DNA of 64,000 bases, taken from positions 1,792,001 to 1,856,000 of the forward strand of contig OZ241867.1 in the NCBI GenBank assembly GCA_965203175.1. Direction: 5' to 3'. How positions within the stretch are numbered: position 1 is the first letter of the stretch; each line of letters starts with the position of its first letter. This DNA is from Candidatus Latescibacterota bacterium (GTDB taxonomy: Bacteria > Latescibacterota > UBA2968 > UBA8231). The translations under genes were made by a program, and so were the position numbers. Below the pieces are notes generated by a model. It had not been told where the DNA came from. It saw only the letters and a program-made list of their open reading frames with translations, and searched no databases. Of this stretch, positions 1 to 9,143 are shown piece by piece.

Positions 1-206
1 GATGGGCGGACCCAAATTTTGCAGATCAACGGGTTCTTCTGGTCGAAGTCCAGACGGAATAGAGCATTCACCTCCCCACGCTTGAGACGCACAATGCGCT
101 TGGGACGGGGAAGACCGTGGCGATCACAAACCTCGCGCGCGACGCGAACAGGGACTCGATAGCGGCGGAACGCACCGTAGTCGAGGATGGGATCAGCAGG
201 GGACAT
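1..206 (-). CDS. 5' part of an aminoglycoside-phosphotransferase-like kinase (runs off window start)
   Basis: Manual translation from ATG at 206: MSPADPILDYGAFRRYRVPVRVAREVCDRHGLPRPKRIVRLKRGEVNALFRLDFDQKNPLICKIWVRP; G-E-V-N loop followed by a beta-strand Lys, as in the APH N-lobe. Confidence 0.5.
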   Translation of the reverse strand, partial: MSPADPILDYGAFRRYRVPVRVAREVCDRHGLPRPKRIVRLKRGEVNALFRLDFDQKNPLICKIWVRP

Positions 207-215
207 CTCTACCTA
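170..215. repeat. 46-bp direct repeat, copy 1 (copy 2 at 1902-1947)
   Basis: acgcaccgtagtcgaggatgggatcagcagg(g/a)gacatctctaccta, 1 mismatch; covers the start of the kinase gene. Confidence 0.95.
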
Positions 216-347
216 AAGAATGATATTTCTCATCTTCGAATACAATCCACTAATGAAGATACTCCTTGAACCAATTCAGGATATCTAGTTTCTGATCCTC
301 AACGAGAATAAGGAACGAGGAAACTCTTAAATCTATTGATTGAATAA

Positions 348-599
348 TCAGCTCGCTGCGTGCAATTCCTCGCGCAAAACTCGACGCAGGGTTTCCTCAT
401 CAACAGGAGGCTTCTTCTTTGCAAGGTAATCTCTCAGTGCCTCGTTGATCATTGTTTGATAACCTGTCCCCGCCTCTTCTGAAAATGCACGAAAGGCACC
501 CAGTACGTCGTTATCTACATACATGGTAATTCGCGTTTTGCCCTTTTGCGGGACTACTGCCCCGCGTCTCCCACGGCTGAAATCATATTCCTGTTTCAT
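348..599 (-). CDS. brnA: BrnA-family antitoxin
   Basis: MKQEYDFSRGRRG...RITMYVD...GYQTMINEAL, typical BrnA signature; overlaps a BrnT remnant. Confidence 0.85.
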   Translation of the reverse strand: MKQEYDFSRGRRGAVVPQKGKTRITMYVDNDVLGAFRAFSEEAGTGYQTMINEALRDYLAKKKPPVDEETLRRVLREELHAAS

Positions 600-705
600 A
601 AGTCTTCCTTTCTCCCCGAGTCGCTGGTCTCGCCGAAATTATCCTTATGGTTTCTTCGTAAACTGCGTATACTACCACGAGGGTCCGCCCCAAGGCATCC
701 AGGTG
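583..705 (-). pseudogene. brnT: 5'-truncated BrnT toxin remnant
   Basis: Manual translation DALGRTLVVVYAVYEETIRIISARPATRGERKTYETGI*; IRIISAR motif; in-frame stop just upstream and no start codon. Confidence 0.8.
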
Positions 706-735
706 AGTATGGCATTACGTCTGTAAAGGCAAGCT

Positions 736-1299
736 ATGTTAACAGTTGGCTGGACAACGCGGGATCTGGACGCAGATCCTTTGCACTTACGTCCCATCCG
801 CGACGAAAACCTTGAGTTCATCCTCGGCCTGTATCAGGACTGGCAAGTTGCACAGCACTTGAATCGGATCACCGTTCCCTTCACCTATCAGAAAGCTCGC
901 GAGCTACTAGATACCGCCCTACGGGAAGCAGCAGACTCGGTGACGGCGACCTTCGTTGCGCATCGAGACCGTGAACCAGTTGGGCTGTGCCTTCTCCATC
1001 ATGGACAGGACGATCAAGCCGCACGAATCGGAGTGGTCGGCTACTCAGTCATGCCTCGACATTGGGGACAGGGATACGCGACCCGTATGGTTCAAGCGCT
1101 CGTCGAACATGCGGTCAACAATGGATTCCTGTCGCTGCAGGCCTCCCTTCATATGGGGAATGTGGCCTCGCGCCGCGTTCTTGAGAAGAACGGCTTCTTG
1201 CTCTCTGAGTGCGGCTTCATGGAGGAGTCGCTGCATAGCCCTCCAAAGGAGCACGCGAAGTACACCCTGCAGCTCTTACCCCTGCCAAAGAAGACCTAG
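736..1299 (+). CDS. GNAT (RimJ/RimL-like) N-acetyltransferase
   Basis: VGYSVMPRHWGQGYAT and NVASRRVLEKNGF motifs; one of the very few plus-strand genes in the array. Confidence 0.85.
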   Translation: MLTVGWTTRDLDADPLHLRPIRDENLEFILGLYQDWQVAQHLNRITVPFTYQKARELLDTALREAADSVTATFVAHRDREPVGLCLLHHGQDDQAARIGVVGYSVMPRHWGQGYATRMVQALVEHAVNNGFLSLQASLHMGNVASRRVLEKNGFLLSECGFMEESLHSPPKEHAKYTLQLLPLPKKT

Positions 1300-1409
1300 G
1301 CCGGCAGGGCAATTGATTTGGCAATTAAGAGTGTCGGCACGATGCTCTCTCGGCGCTTCGCGGTCGCTTCTAAAACAGGGGCAATCAGATTCTATTAGCT
1401 TATGGGTGC

Positions 1410-1829
1410 TCATAGCTTCATTCCCCTGTCATACGACACTGAAAATCCCCCGGCTTGCAGTGCTCTTAGTGAAGGTTGTAAGTCATCTTCACGAACCAAG
1501 AAAGCATCAGTAGTGAATGCGGAAATTGCCATGACACTTATGCCGGCGTCTTTGAGAATCTCGGTGATCCTATAGATCACCCCGATCATGTCGAACGTCA
1601 AAGGCTCGTCGATGAGGAAAACCCGCCATCCGTGTGAACTGTCGATCACCAAGGAGTCATCGGGCATTCCCCCACCTTCACAAATGATCGTCCACTCTCC
1701 TGCTAGGCGTGTTAACGAAAAAAAACCATTTCCAGTTCTATTAACTATCTCTGGCAATCCGGGACGGTCTTTGACCTTTAAAATTGAATAAATCCCGGAC
1801 AGAACTTTGATCGATAAGTGCTGTTCCAT
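1410..1829 (-). CDS. ACT-domain-containing protein
   Basis: PLTFDMIGVIYRITEILKDAGISVMAISAFTTDAFLV, ACT_7/CASTOR-like pattern. Confidence 0.8.
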   Translation of the reverse strand: MEQHLSIKVLSGIYSILKVKDRPGLPEIVNRTGNGFFSLTRLAGEWTIICEGGGMPDDSLVIDSSHGWRVFLIDEPLTFDMIGVIYRITEILKDAGISVMAISAFTTDAFLVREDDLQPSLRALQAGGFSVSYDRGMKL

Positions 1830-1901
1830 CTAATGTCCATTTCAATAACGTATCACAATTTGCGAACCGAGAAGCGGTCCGAGGACCAAGGAGCTAAAGC
1901 G

Positions 1902-1947
1902 ACGCACCGTAGTCGAGGATGGGATCAGCAGGAGACATCTCTACCTA
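1902..1947. repeat. 46-bp direct repeat, copy 2 (orphan copy of the kinase gene start, MSPADPILDYGA then stop)
   Basis: Direct comparison with 170-215. Confidence 0.95.
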
Positions 1948-1958
1948 TGGGAGGGAGT

Positions 1959-2516
1959 TCAGCCGCTTGTCTGGACATCTGAGAGTTGCCTGTATTCCGC
2001 CTCCAGGATCGAATAATTCACTCGGTCATACCAGCGTCCGCCAAAGAAAAACGCATCGCGTTGATGTCCCTCCAATTGGAAACCATACTTTTCGAGCACG
2101 CGGATCGCGGGACTGTTGAATGCCACTGGATCTGCCGCTAGGCGATGGAGTCCCAGATGATCAAAGGCATAGCTGACGATGAGCTGGAGGGCATTCGTGC
2201 CATACCCTTTGCCGCGGTCGGATACCCGGGCAAAGCCTAATCCCAGCTCTGCAGACCGGTCTTGCCAGTCGATACTGTGTAACTGAACATGCCCGATAAC
2301 CTTTCCTTCCAAGGTGAAAACGCCGAAATCAACGCCAGTCTGACCTTGCTTACCTTGAATTTCTTCAAACCATTTGTCGGCGTTTTCTTGAGCAAGTCCT
2401 GGCTGAACGTGCTCCGTCGGGACATCCCCGGCGATTTCCGTCATCTTCCACAGCGTATGACAATGTTCCCGTTCCAAAGCCCGTAGGGCCACATACTCAC
2501 CTCGAAGTTCGATCAC
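1959..2516 (-). CDS. GNAT (RimJ/RimL-like) N-acetyltransferase
   Basis: SAELGLGF...RGKGYGT...NSPAIRVLEKYGFQLEG. Confidence 0.9.
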   Translation of the reverse strand: MIELRGEYVALRALEREHCHTLWKMTEIAGDVPTEHVQPGLAQENADKWFEEIQGKQGQTGVDFGVFTLEGKVIGHVQLHSIDWQDRSAELGLGFARVSDRGKGYGTNALQLIVSYAFDHLGLHRLAADPVAFNSPAIRVLEKYGFQLEGHQRDAFFFGGRWYDRVNYSILEAEYRQLSDVQTSG

Positions 2517-2543
2517 AGTGTCCGCCTGTACTTACGCCTTGGC

Positions 2544-2942
2544 CTATACGAATACGGAAGGTGAGACGCCAAATCGCTTAGACAAAGCACGTATCTGCCG
2601 GACGTTTAGCTCTCGCTTGCCACTCAGGATCTCAGAAACCACCCCTTGCGAACCCACCTCCGGCAAATCCGACTGGGTCAATTCATGCTCCTCCATGAGA
2701 AAGCGGAGTGAATCCGCACCCTCCAACTTGGGCATGGAGTGATGTTGTTCTTCCCAAGCATGAACAACGGTGCCCAGCGTATCGAGTAAAGAATAAAGCG
2801 GATGCCGCTCATCCGTACCCACTTCATCGATCAGGCTGTTGAGCCGCTCTAGGGCCGAGTCGTATTCCTGCTCGTTCTGAATCTTGAGTAACGCACTCAC
2901 TTGCGTCCAGGATCGCTGAAGCTGTGGGGTAATGGCACTCAT
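2544..2942 (-). CDS. higA: HigA-type HTH antitoxin
   Basis: LRFLMEEHELTQSDLPEVGSQGVVSEILSGKRELNVRQIRAL; start placed at ATG 2942 because of ATGA overlap with the HigB remnant (ORF track starts at 2951). Confidence 0.85.
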   Translation of the reverse strand: MSAITPQLQRSWTQVSALLKIQNEQEYDSALERLNSLIDEVGTDERHPLYSLLDTLGTVVHAWEEQHHSMPKLEGADSLRFLMEEHELTQSDLPEVGSQGVVSEILSGKRELNVRQIRALSKRFGVSPSVFV

Positions 2943-3100
2943 GTCCTCCATCCTCCACGGTCGTAGGCTTGGTGTGTAAGCACATGACGGATGTATACTT
3001 TGCCCCGATTGAAGTGAATAGAGGCAATCAGGCGGTACTTGTTGCCGGCAATGTTGAACACGACGAATTCTCCGACTTTGTCGGCCGAAGGAAAAGTTGC
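2939..3100 (-). pseudogene. higB: 5'-truncated HigB toxin remnant
   Basis: Manual translation ATFPSADKVGEFVVFNIAGNKYRLIASIHFNRGKVYIRHVLTHQAYDRGGWRT*; N-terminal half replaced by the neighbouring gene. Confidence 0.85.
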
Positions 3101-3101
3101 G

Positions 3102-4247
3102 CTACTGCTTCCACCCCAGGTAATGTCCCTCGGTCTTGTCGCTGACCACTATCTTTGCGTCGGGACGCTCGCGCACCTCGGGGCGCAGACTCGTTCCTAG
3201 GCCGGGGCCTTCGGGCGCTAGCAGATACCCGTCCTGTATGTTTATATTCGTCGTCACAAACTCCTCGTACCAGCCTTCGTAAAATTGCCGAATCGTCTCC
3301 ATCAGCATCGCGTTCGGCACGTTCATGCAGATATGGGCGCAGGCAAACACGTTTACAGGCCCTGAGCAGTCGTGGGGACATACCGGAAGCTGATACGTCT
3401 CCCCTAGAATAGCAATCTTCTTCGTCTCTGATATGCCTCCCGTCCAGATGAGGTCGGGCATCAGAATTTCCACCGCGCCCTTCTCGATAAATTCGCGGAA
3501 CTGGTAGCGCGTCACAAACCGCTCGGCGAGACAGACCGGAAACTTCGCTTCCCGCACCAGCGCCAGATGCGCGTCAACGTTGCGCGGCGAAAGCATCTCC
3601 TCAAGCCAAAGTATGTTGTACGGCTCCAACGCCTTCGCCACCCGTATAGCGTTGTGCAGACTCCAGAATCCGTGCCCGTCTATGGCAATGCTCATGCGGT
3701 TGCCAACGGCCTCGTGAATTCTGAGTATCGGGTCTATCATCGCCTCGATTTCTTCGTCAGAGACGTAGTACCCATCGCCCTCATGCGCATCGGGAAACGC
3801 GCCGAGCTTCATGTGCTTGATCCCGCGATCAAGAAGCTCTGTCGCATGAGACACGGGATCAGGGGCACCACCCGTATTGTAAACGCGGATTCTGTCGCGG
3901 CAGGCACCGCCGAGCATCTCATATATAGGTCGGCCCGACGCTTGCCCCGCGATGTCCCAGAGCGCGATGTCTAGCGCGGAGATGGCGCGAGTCTCCGCGC
4001 CGCCGTATCCCCAGTGGTCGGCAAGGCGGAACATATTGTACCAGTGGTTTTCGATATTCAAAGGGTTGCGGCCTATCAGCATGGGCGCGAATAATTCGTG
4101 CACCGCGCCTTCTACCGCCATCGGCCCGTACCAAGTCTCGCCAAGCCCAACATGACCTTCGTCTGTGTAAATTTGCACCCAGATTCCGCAACCATAACTC
4201 TGGCTTCGGTCTGCCACGCGGATTGTTTCTACCTTGGTTATTTTCAT
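3102..4247 (-). CDS. Mandelate racemase/muconate lactonizing enzyme family protein
   Basis: AISALDIALWDIAGQ, WLEE, GGISETKKIA enolase-superfamily motifs. Confidence 0.92.
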   Translation of the reverse strand: MKITKVETIRVADRSQSYGCGIWVQIYTDEGHVGLGETWYGPMAVEGAVHELFAPMLIGRNPLNIENHWYNMFRLADHWGYGGAETRAISALDIALWDIAGQASGRPIYEMLGGACRDRIRVYNTGGAPDPVSHATELLDRGIKHMKLGAFPDAHEGDGYYVSDEEIEAMIDPILRIHEAVGNRMSIAIDGHGFWSLHNAIRVAKALEPYNILWLEEMLSPRNVDAHLALVREAKFPVCLAERFVTRYQFREFIEKGAVEILMPDLIWTGGISETKKIAILGETYQLPVCPHDCSGPVNVFACAHICMNVPNAMLMETIRQFYEGWYEEFVTTNINIQDGYLLAPEGPGLGTSLRPEVRERPDAKIVVSDKTEGHYLGWKQ

Positions 4248-4315
4248 TTCTCTCCTTTGTCCCTAAGCCGGGGGCACGGACGTGTTAAATAAAGTTTGCC
4301 CAAAATGTCGGCAGT

Positions 4316-5065
4316 TCACGGTGCCTCTTTGCGCGCAAGAGCAACTAGCCGCTTTGAGCTAGGCCCATACGCACTGCCTTCCAAGTCCCCATATAGTTGC
4401 GTATTACTAAATCCAACTTGCAAGAGACGGTCCTTCAGTTCTTGGCCAGAGTACAACGTGTGGTGAAACTTGAACGATTTTACCTGCTCATCCCGAATCA
4501 AGAGCCACTCGTTGTGAATCCTCGTCCAATCGTCGAAGATCTCGCGACGTTGAACGAGCAATGTCCCGTCGGGAAGAGTTTCGGAGGAGGTCGCGGCAAA
4601 TACCTTGGCCAACCACTCTTTACCCATCAGATCCATTACGAGGACTCCCCCAGGCTTGAGACTCTCGTAGATATTGCTGAGCACTAGCAGGTCTTCGTCC
4701 TTGTCATCGAAATAGCCGAAGGACGTAAACATGTTGAGCACCAAGTCGTACGACGCGGATCGCACAAAACGACGCATGTCCTCTTGCACAAACTCAACGT
4801 CTAATTTCCGCTCGCTTGCTCGCGCCCTAGCTTTTTGCAGTAGGAATGCGGTCGCATCAACGCCCGTTACGGAAAATCCTCGCTCCGCCAGGATCGTGGC
4901 ATGCCGGCCGGGGCCGCAACACAGATCGAGGATATGTGTCCCGCTGAACTCCACCAGCGAAAGAATCTTGTCGACTTGATCTTCCGCAGATTCAAATCGC
5001 TCTTCCGAGAACATATAGGGATACATTTCCGTCCAGAAGTCTTCGTTTTCAAACCATTCGGACAT
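4316..5065 (-). CDS. Class I SAM-dependent methyltransferase
   Basis: ILDLCCGPGRH motif I; FTSFGYF; LKPGG. Confidence 0.9.
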   Translation of the reverse strand: MSEWFENEDFWTEMYPYMFSEERFESAEDQVDKILSLVEFSGTHILDLCCGPGRHATILAERGFSVTGVDATAFLLQKARARASERKLDVEFVQEDMRRFVRSASYDLVLNMFTSFGYFDDKDEDLLVLSNIYESLKPGGVLVMDLMGKEWLAKVFAATSSETLPDGTLLVQRREIFDDWTRIHNEWLLIRDEQVKSFKFHHTLYSGQELKDRLLQVGFSNTQLYGDLEGSAYGPSSKRLVALARKEAP

Positions 5066-5113
5066 AGAATTCCGGCCTCACTCGAAACCTCATCTGAAGA
5101 TGGGTGTTCAGGA

Positions 5114-5431
5114 TCAATGGAGGGCAGTCGGATAGGTTCCGTCCAGAGCCCGCTGCCGGTCGCGACGCACCCTGGCCAGATAATCGCGCATCGGCTCGAT
5201 ATCAAACTCCGCGATTAATTCATCGGTGCTCTTATCCGGCAAGTGTGAGCGCAGCGTCAACAGACATTCGTCACCCAGATGCTCCGCCGTTGCAGCACCA
5301 GGACCGTACCGCTCAAACAAGGACCGCACGCGCTGGATGTTGCCGTCGTGATGCACCACCCGCATATCCAAATCAAGCCCGGCAGTGGTCAGCGGTGCCA
5401 TGCCGGTCGCATCGCTGGTCTGGCGCGGCAC
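5114..5431 (-). CDS. Hypothetical protein, probably a C-terminal fragment
   Basis: 105-aa ORF co-oriented with the array; no recognisable motif. Confidence 0.3.
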   Translation of the reverse strand: MPRQTSDATGMAPLTTAGLDLDMRVVHHDGNIQRVRSLFERYGPGAATAEHLGDECLLTLRSHLPDKSTDELIAEFDIEPMRDYLARVRRDRQRALDGTYPTALH

Positions 5432-5516
5432 ACTGCAAATGGGCCGGCCGGCCGGTCAGGAGCATCGCCCGCAACCGGGCTGTAGCTAACCAGTGCAACA
5501 GTCGCGGTACGATTCA

Positions 5517-5542
5517 TTTATTCTTCGCCCTGCCAATAGTCG
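5517..5542. repeat. 26-bp exact direct repeat (copy at 11859-11884, near the 3' end of the P-loop kinase gene)
   Basis: tttattcttcgccctgccaatagtcg at both positions. Confidence 0.9.
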
Positions 5543-5621
5543 TCGGTTCCGCCTTCTGAAACGCGAGTCCACCTTGTAATTTAGCCTCGATCTCGTGGAA
5601 GCTGATCTTGTTCATATGTCT

Positions 5622-6191
5622 CTACCCTTGCTGATCTTTCTTTTCAAATGGTAAGTACAAACTGCGCCGACACCCCAGGGCCTCCAGCCCCTTCTCATAG
5701 ATCTCCTCGCACAGAGCGACTTTTCCGTCCATGTACGACTGGCGGTCATTGTCGTGCTCTTCAGCGAGTTGCCATTTCAGGGTACTGAGCCTACGAACAT
5801 ATTCGGGACTTAGTCTGAGGAAATCCCTGAAGACAAGATGCCGCTTCAAGGCTTCACCATACTTGTCACAAACGTACGTATGGTGGGCGGGCAAAGATTC
5901 CTTCAGGCCGCTATCGGACAGATCAAAGGCGTCTCTGCCGGGAATACCCTTGTCACCTTCATGGAAATATCCGATCTCTGCAAGCCGATCCTTCGTGCTC
6001 TCAAAATCCTGTGGCTCAATGACAATGTCAACGTCAATGATTGGCTTGGCGGTCATTCCGGCGACAGAGGTGCTACCGACATGCTCGATGCTGCAATACC
6101 TTCCGGACAAAACAGAATCAAAACGGTGTCGCAACGCTTCGAACCACGAGGGCCAAGCCGGATCATAGTGCTTTACCAAGGTAACGGACAT
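5622..6191 (-). CDS. GrpB family protein
   Basis: IEHVGSTSVAGMTAKPIIDVD, HLVFRDFLR, YMDGK. Confidence 0.92.
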   Translation of the reverse strand: MSVTLVKHYDPAWPSWFEALRHRFDSVLSGRYCSIEHVGSTSVAGMTAKPIIDVDIVIEPQDFESTKDRLAEIGYFHEGDKGIPGRDAFDLSDSGLKESLPAHHTYVCDKYGEALKRHLVFRDFLRLSPEYVRRLSTLKWQLAEEHDNDRQSYMDGKVALCEEIYEKGLEALGCRRSLYLPFEKKDQQG

Positions 6192-6301
6192 GATTCAATT
6201 GACCGCGTTGCGTCTAGTGCCCGACCGCGAAGTGGTTGCGAAATGCGCGCCAGCACCCCAAAACAGCAAGATTCAGGATGTTTCGAGGCATGGTTGTCTC
6301 C

Positions 6302-7018
6302 TCAATTCCTTCCACCGAAGCATGCTTTATAGATGAAATGTCGGTCGGGCACGTCGCGCCTTTCAAACTGTTGGAATAGGGCGCTATCATCGTACGGAAC
6401 GCGACGCATTTTCAATTCGTGGCTCCTGTTCTCGCACTCTAGGATGGCAAATCGCGCTATGGGTTCTGAATGGCAGCCCAAGGAACCGGGATTTACGTAT
6501 CTGGCCGTCCCCACTAAATCTGAAGGTGAATGAATGTGGCCATAGAATACGAGATCGGAGTTTATATCTGCGAAGACTTTATCCAAATCGACGGGACGAG
6601 GGTTATGGACGATGGGCCTGAAGTCAACCTGCGACTCTGTGAGGCCGTAGTGAAGAAACGATATTCGCACACCTTCATACACATCTTGAATCAGGTAAGG
6701 CCATTCTCTCACTGTATCGCGCAGGGACGGATCAAGACAGGAATGTACCCACTGGTGATGTTTCAACTCGCCGTCGCTCATCCACGGGGGTTGTGGCTCT
6801 GGAAGCCCGGTCGAAAACCAGGCGTCATGATTGCCGCAAATCAGATTCATGCCAGGCGTGCTCAGCAGCAGTTCCAAGCATTCTGCTGGAAATGGGCCGA
6901 TGCCTATGGCATCGCCTGTGTGAAAAATCGCGTCAGCACCCTCTTGCCGAATTGCTCTCAAGGCAACCTGAAGTGCAGGCAAATTGCCGTGGACATCTGT
7001 CAGGACCGCTATCTTCAT
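6302..7018 (-). CDS. Metallophosphoesterase family protein
   Basis: DVHGN, GD, GNHD, HG, GHIH, NPGSLG motifs. Confidence 0.92.
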   Translation of the reverse strand: MKIAVLTDVHGNLPALQVALRAIRQEGADAIFHTGDAIGIGPFPAECLELLLSTPGMNLICGNHDAWFSTGLPEPQPPWMSDGELKHHQWVHSCLDPSLRDTVREWPYLIQDVYEGVRISFLHYGLTESQVDFRPIVHNPRPVDLDKVFADINSDLVFYGHIHSPSDLVGTARYVNPGSLGCHSEPIARFAILECENRSHELKMRRVPYDDSALFQQFERRDVPDRHFIYKACFGGRN

Positions 7019-7033
7019 GTAAATTGTGCCAAT

Positions 7034-7456
7034 CTAATGTACTGGAGCCGCAGCCTTACGAGCCCAGGTGATATTGGCTAATGCGAATGACTCAACCTCA
7101 CGGCAGACAAAAGCAACCTCCCCCGGATGATCAGCCCTGCGGCTGATGTACTGGCGAACTGGGGCTAATAACTGCAAAAGAGCCTCTGTCCCGGGAAGGT
7201 TGGCGAAGGCCGACAGGACGTGCTGCTTGTCCAAAATGTATTCTTCAGTTCGGTCCCAAACAACAACTCGCAGCCAGTATAGGATTGCGTTGACCCGCGC
7301 GTCGTCAACGTCAATTGGGGCCGGATATGTTCGCTCCCACGCTCCGAGAAGATCTGGCACAAGGGCAACCAAGGATCGCTTCATAGCCTCCGGTGACGGT
7401 TCTGGAATAGCCGACAAATCGAGCTCAGTAATGACCGGTGTTGGAGAAGTATTCAT
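7034..7456 (-). CDS. Hypothetical protein
   Basis: 140-aa ORF filling the space between two clear genes, same strand. Confidence 0.55.
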   Translation of the reverse strand: MNTSPTPVITELDLSAIPEPSPEAMKRSLVALVPDLLGAWERTYPAPIDVDDARVNAILYWLRVVVWDRTEEYILDKQHVLSAFANLPGTEALLQLLAPVRQYISRRADHPGEVAFVCREVESFALANITWARKAAAPVH

Positions 7457-7476
7457 TTGGGAACTGATAGCGATTA

Positions 7477-8052
7477 TCAGGTTTTAGAACTGCCCAACAT
7501 GAAGGTTATTTCCCGATGCCAGCGCATGTTATCGTCGGGAACTATGAACTCTAATCTATCGCAAATAAACGACCCTTTGGGTGCCGTGTCTTGAAGTTGG
7601 TCGCAAAGCTTGAGACTCTCTGGTATCGAGATAAACTCTGCGATTGTCATATGAGGTGGTATGTGCCTCCTCTTGTACACCTTGCCACCAAATGCGCGGG
7701 ATTTATGGAGGGCCTCCTGCAACGCGCGTATTGGCTCCTCAGGATGTATTGAGTATGAGACACCTGGATGCTTGCTGGAAGCGTGGAGTGTACGGAAATG
7801 GAGCTCAAATGGCTGAAAGTCCTGCAATATGGCTCGGATCTCAGTTTCGAGGTCTGGCGTCATCTCCAGGCTAAGTGGGTCCGATACGGAGATGTGAGTA
7901 CCGCACGTAGCATGAGATTTTGGATCGTACTGCTTTCGCAATGGATCTATTAGATCGCTCACCTCTTTCGGAGGCATGATGAGGATCAATCCGAGTCGAT
8001 AATCAAGCTGCCAATCCTCCCAACTATCTGTATTCTGTGCATACCTAATCAT
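7477..8052 (-). CDS. 2'-5' RNA ligase family (2H phosphoesterase)
   Basis: Two HxS/T motifs (THIS, PHMT) and LRKQYDP. Confidence 0.85.
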   Translation of the reverse strand: MIRYAQNTDSWEDWQLDYRLGLILIMPPKEVSDLIDPLRKQYDPKSHATCGTHISVSDPLSLEMTPDLETEIRAILQDFQPFELHFRTLHASSKHPGVSYSIHPEEPIRALQEALHKSRAFGGKVYKRRHIPPHMTIAEFISIPESLKLCDQLQDTAPKGSFICDRLEFIVPDDNMRWHREITFMLGSSKT

Positions 8053-8058
8053 TGTTAA

Positions 8059-8292
8059 TTACTCTTTCAATAGGCCAGCAGCGATGAGAGCGCGATGGTG
8101 CAGGGGTAGAAAAACGTCCAGCGCCAACTCCTCAAGAACTCCTTCAGGTTGAACCAGTTTGCGCGCCAGCGTCTCGTGTTCGGATGCCCACTTATTGAGC
8201 TCGACTTTCGCTAGACAGATGGAGCGCACGTATGCGCACAGCGAGGTTATAGGATGTAAACGCGGGGGATATGTGCTGCCTAGTATATCCAT
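8059..8292 (-). CDS. Hypothetical protein or chimeric gene remnant
   Basis: 77-aa ORF co-oriented with the array; no motif. Confidence 0.3.
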   Translation of the reverse strand: MDILGSTYPPRLHPITSLCAYVRSICLAKVELNKWASEHETLARKLVQPEGVLEELALDVFLPLHHRALIAAGLLKE

Positions 8293-8334
8293 CCTTTGGA
8301 GGATGAAGAATGTCCTTCAGAAATATGAGGTGCT

Positions 8335-8550
8335 TCACGCCTCAATCGGGGTCAAGCGAAATACCCGAGACATCCGAGCCGCCTGCTCCAAGTCGCCCTC
8401 CCTTAGAGCCTCACGAACATCATCCAGCTTTTCAGCGTCCCTAACTGAAAGGTAAGGCGGCCATCCGGCGTCCCCATCGATCAACTCCACCTCCACTTCC
8501 GCAGCATATTTCCCTGCGCGCACTAGTTTCGTAGTCACTCTGCTCGTCAT
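8335..8550 (-). CDS. Small antitoxin-like protein partnered with a DUF4258 toxin
   Basis: KLVRAGKYAAEVEVELI...WPPYLSVRDAEKLDDVREAL; ATGA overlap with the toxin remnant. Confidence 0.7.
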   Translation of the reverse strand: MTSRVTTKLVRAGKYAAEVEVELIDGDAGWPPYLSVRDAEKLDDVREALREGDLEQAARMSRVFRLTPIEA

Positions 8551-8625
8551 GTTCGCCTCCTAGTGAAACCCTCGTCCCAATCCTGTCTGTTGGGTCGATA
8601 GGCCGTCACTACGACGGCGGGTGGA
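8547..8625 (-). pseudogene. DUF4258-type toxin C-terminal remnant
   Basis: Manual translation PPAVVVTAYRPNRQDWDEGFTRRRT*. Confidence 0.7.
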
Positions 8626-8699
8626 ATGTTATCGGTTGCTAAGAAATCACACGGCTTCAAGCGGCCGATAAGTACAGATATGCAGCTAAGGGCTTCCCT

Positions 8700-8942
8700 T
8701 TACGGTAGGTAATTTCCAGATAGTGTTCTCGCATAATTAGCTTCTTCTGCTTCTACGAGTTCCTCCGCGTACTCAAGAGCGGCCCGTACATCCGCGTCGA
8801 TAATACCATATTCCTCACAGACTTCTTCTGGGGTTACCCCTCCTGCAAGACTCCCAATAATTCGGTGCACTGGCACTCGGGTCCCCCGAATCACCGGCTT
8901 GCCATGACGGATCGAGGGATCGATTATGATTCGTTCATTCAT
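8700..8942 (-). CDS. DUF433 domain antitoxin
   Basis: IDPSIRHGKPVIRGTRVPV...EEY...DVRAALEYA. Confidence 0.9.
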   Translation of the reverse strand: MNERIIIDPSIRHGKPVIRGTRVPVHRIIGSLAGGVTPEEVCEEYGIIDADVRAALEYAEELVEAEEANYARTLSGNYLP

Positions 8943-8985
8943 ACTGACTCAACTTGACCAATTTTCGCTATGATCGATCGCAAAT
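8929..8985. repeat. 57-bp direct repeat (copy at 18618-18674) spanning the MazG-like stop / DUF433 start junction
   Basis: 53/57 identical by eye. Confidence 0.93.
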
Positions 8986-9143
8986 GAAACTCAGGATAGT
9001 AGTTATGTGTTTTCCCGCTTTCGGCCGACGTTCGCCGATTTGCGAACCCCGAAAGGGTTGCCAAAGGCCAAGCTGCCGTAGCTAGGGGCGCAATGTTATC
9101 GATAGTGGAATCCTACTGAGCGGCCCCCAAAGCTTGGATCACT

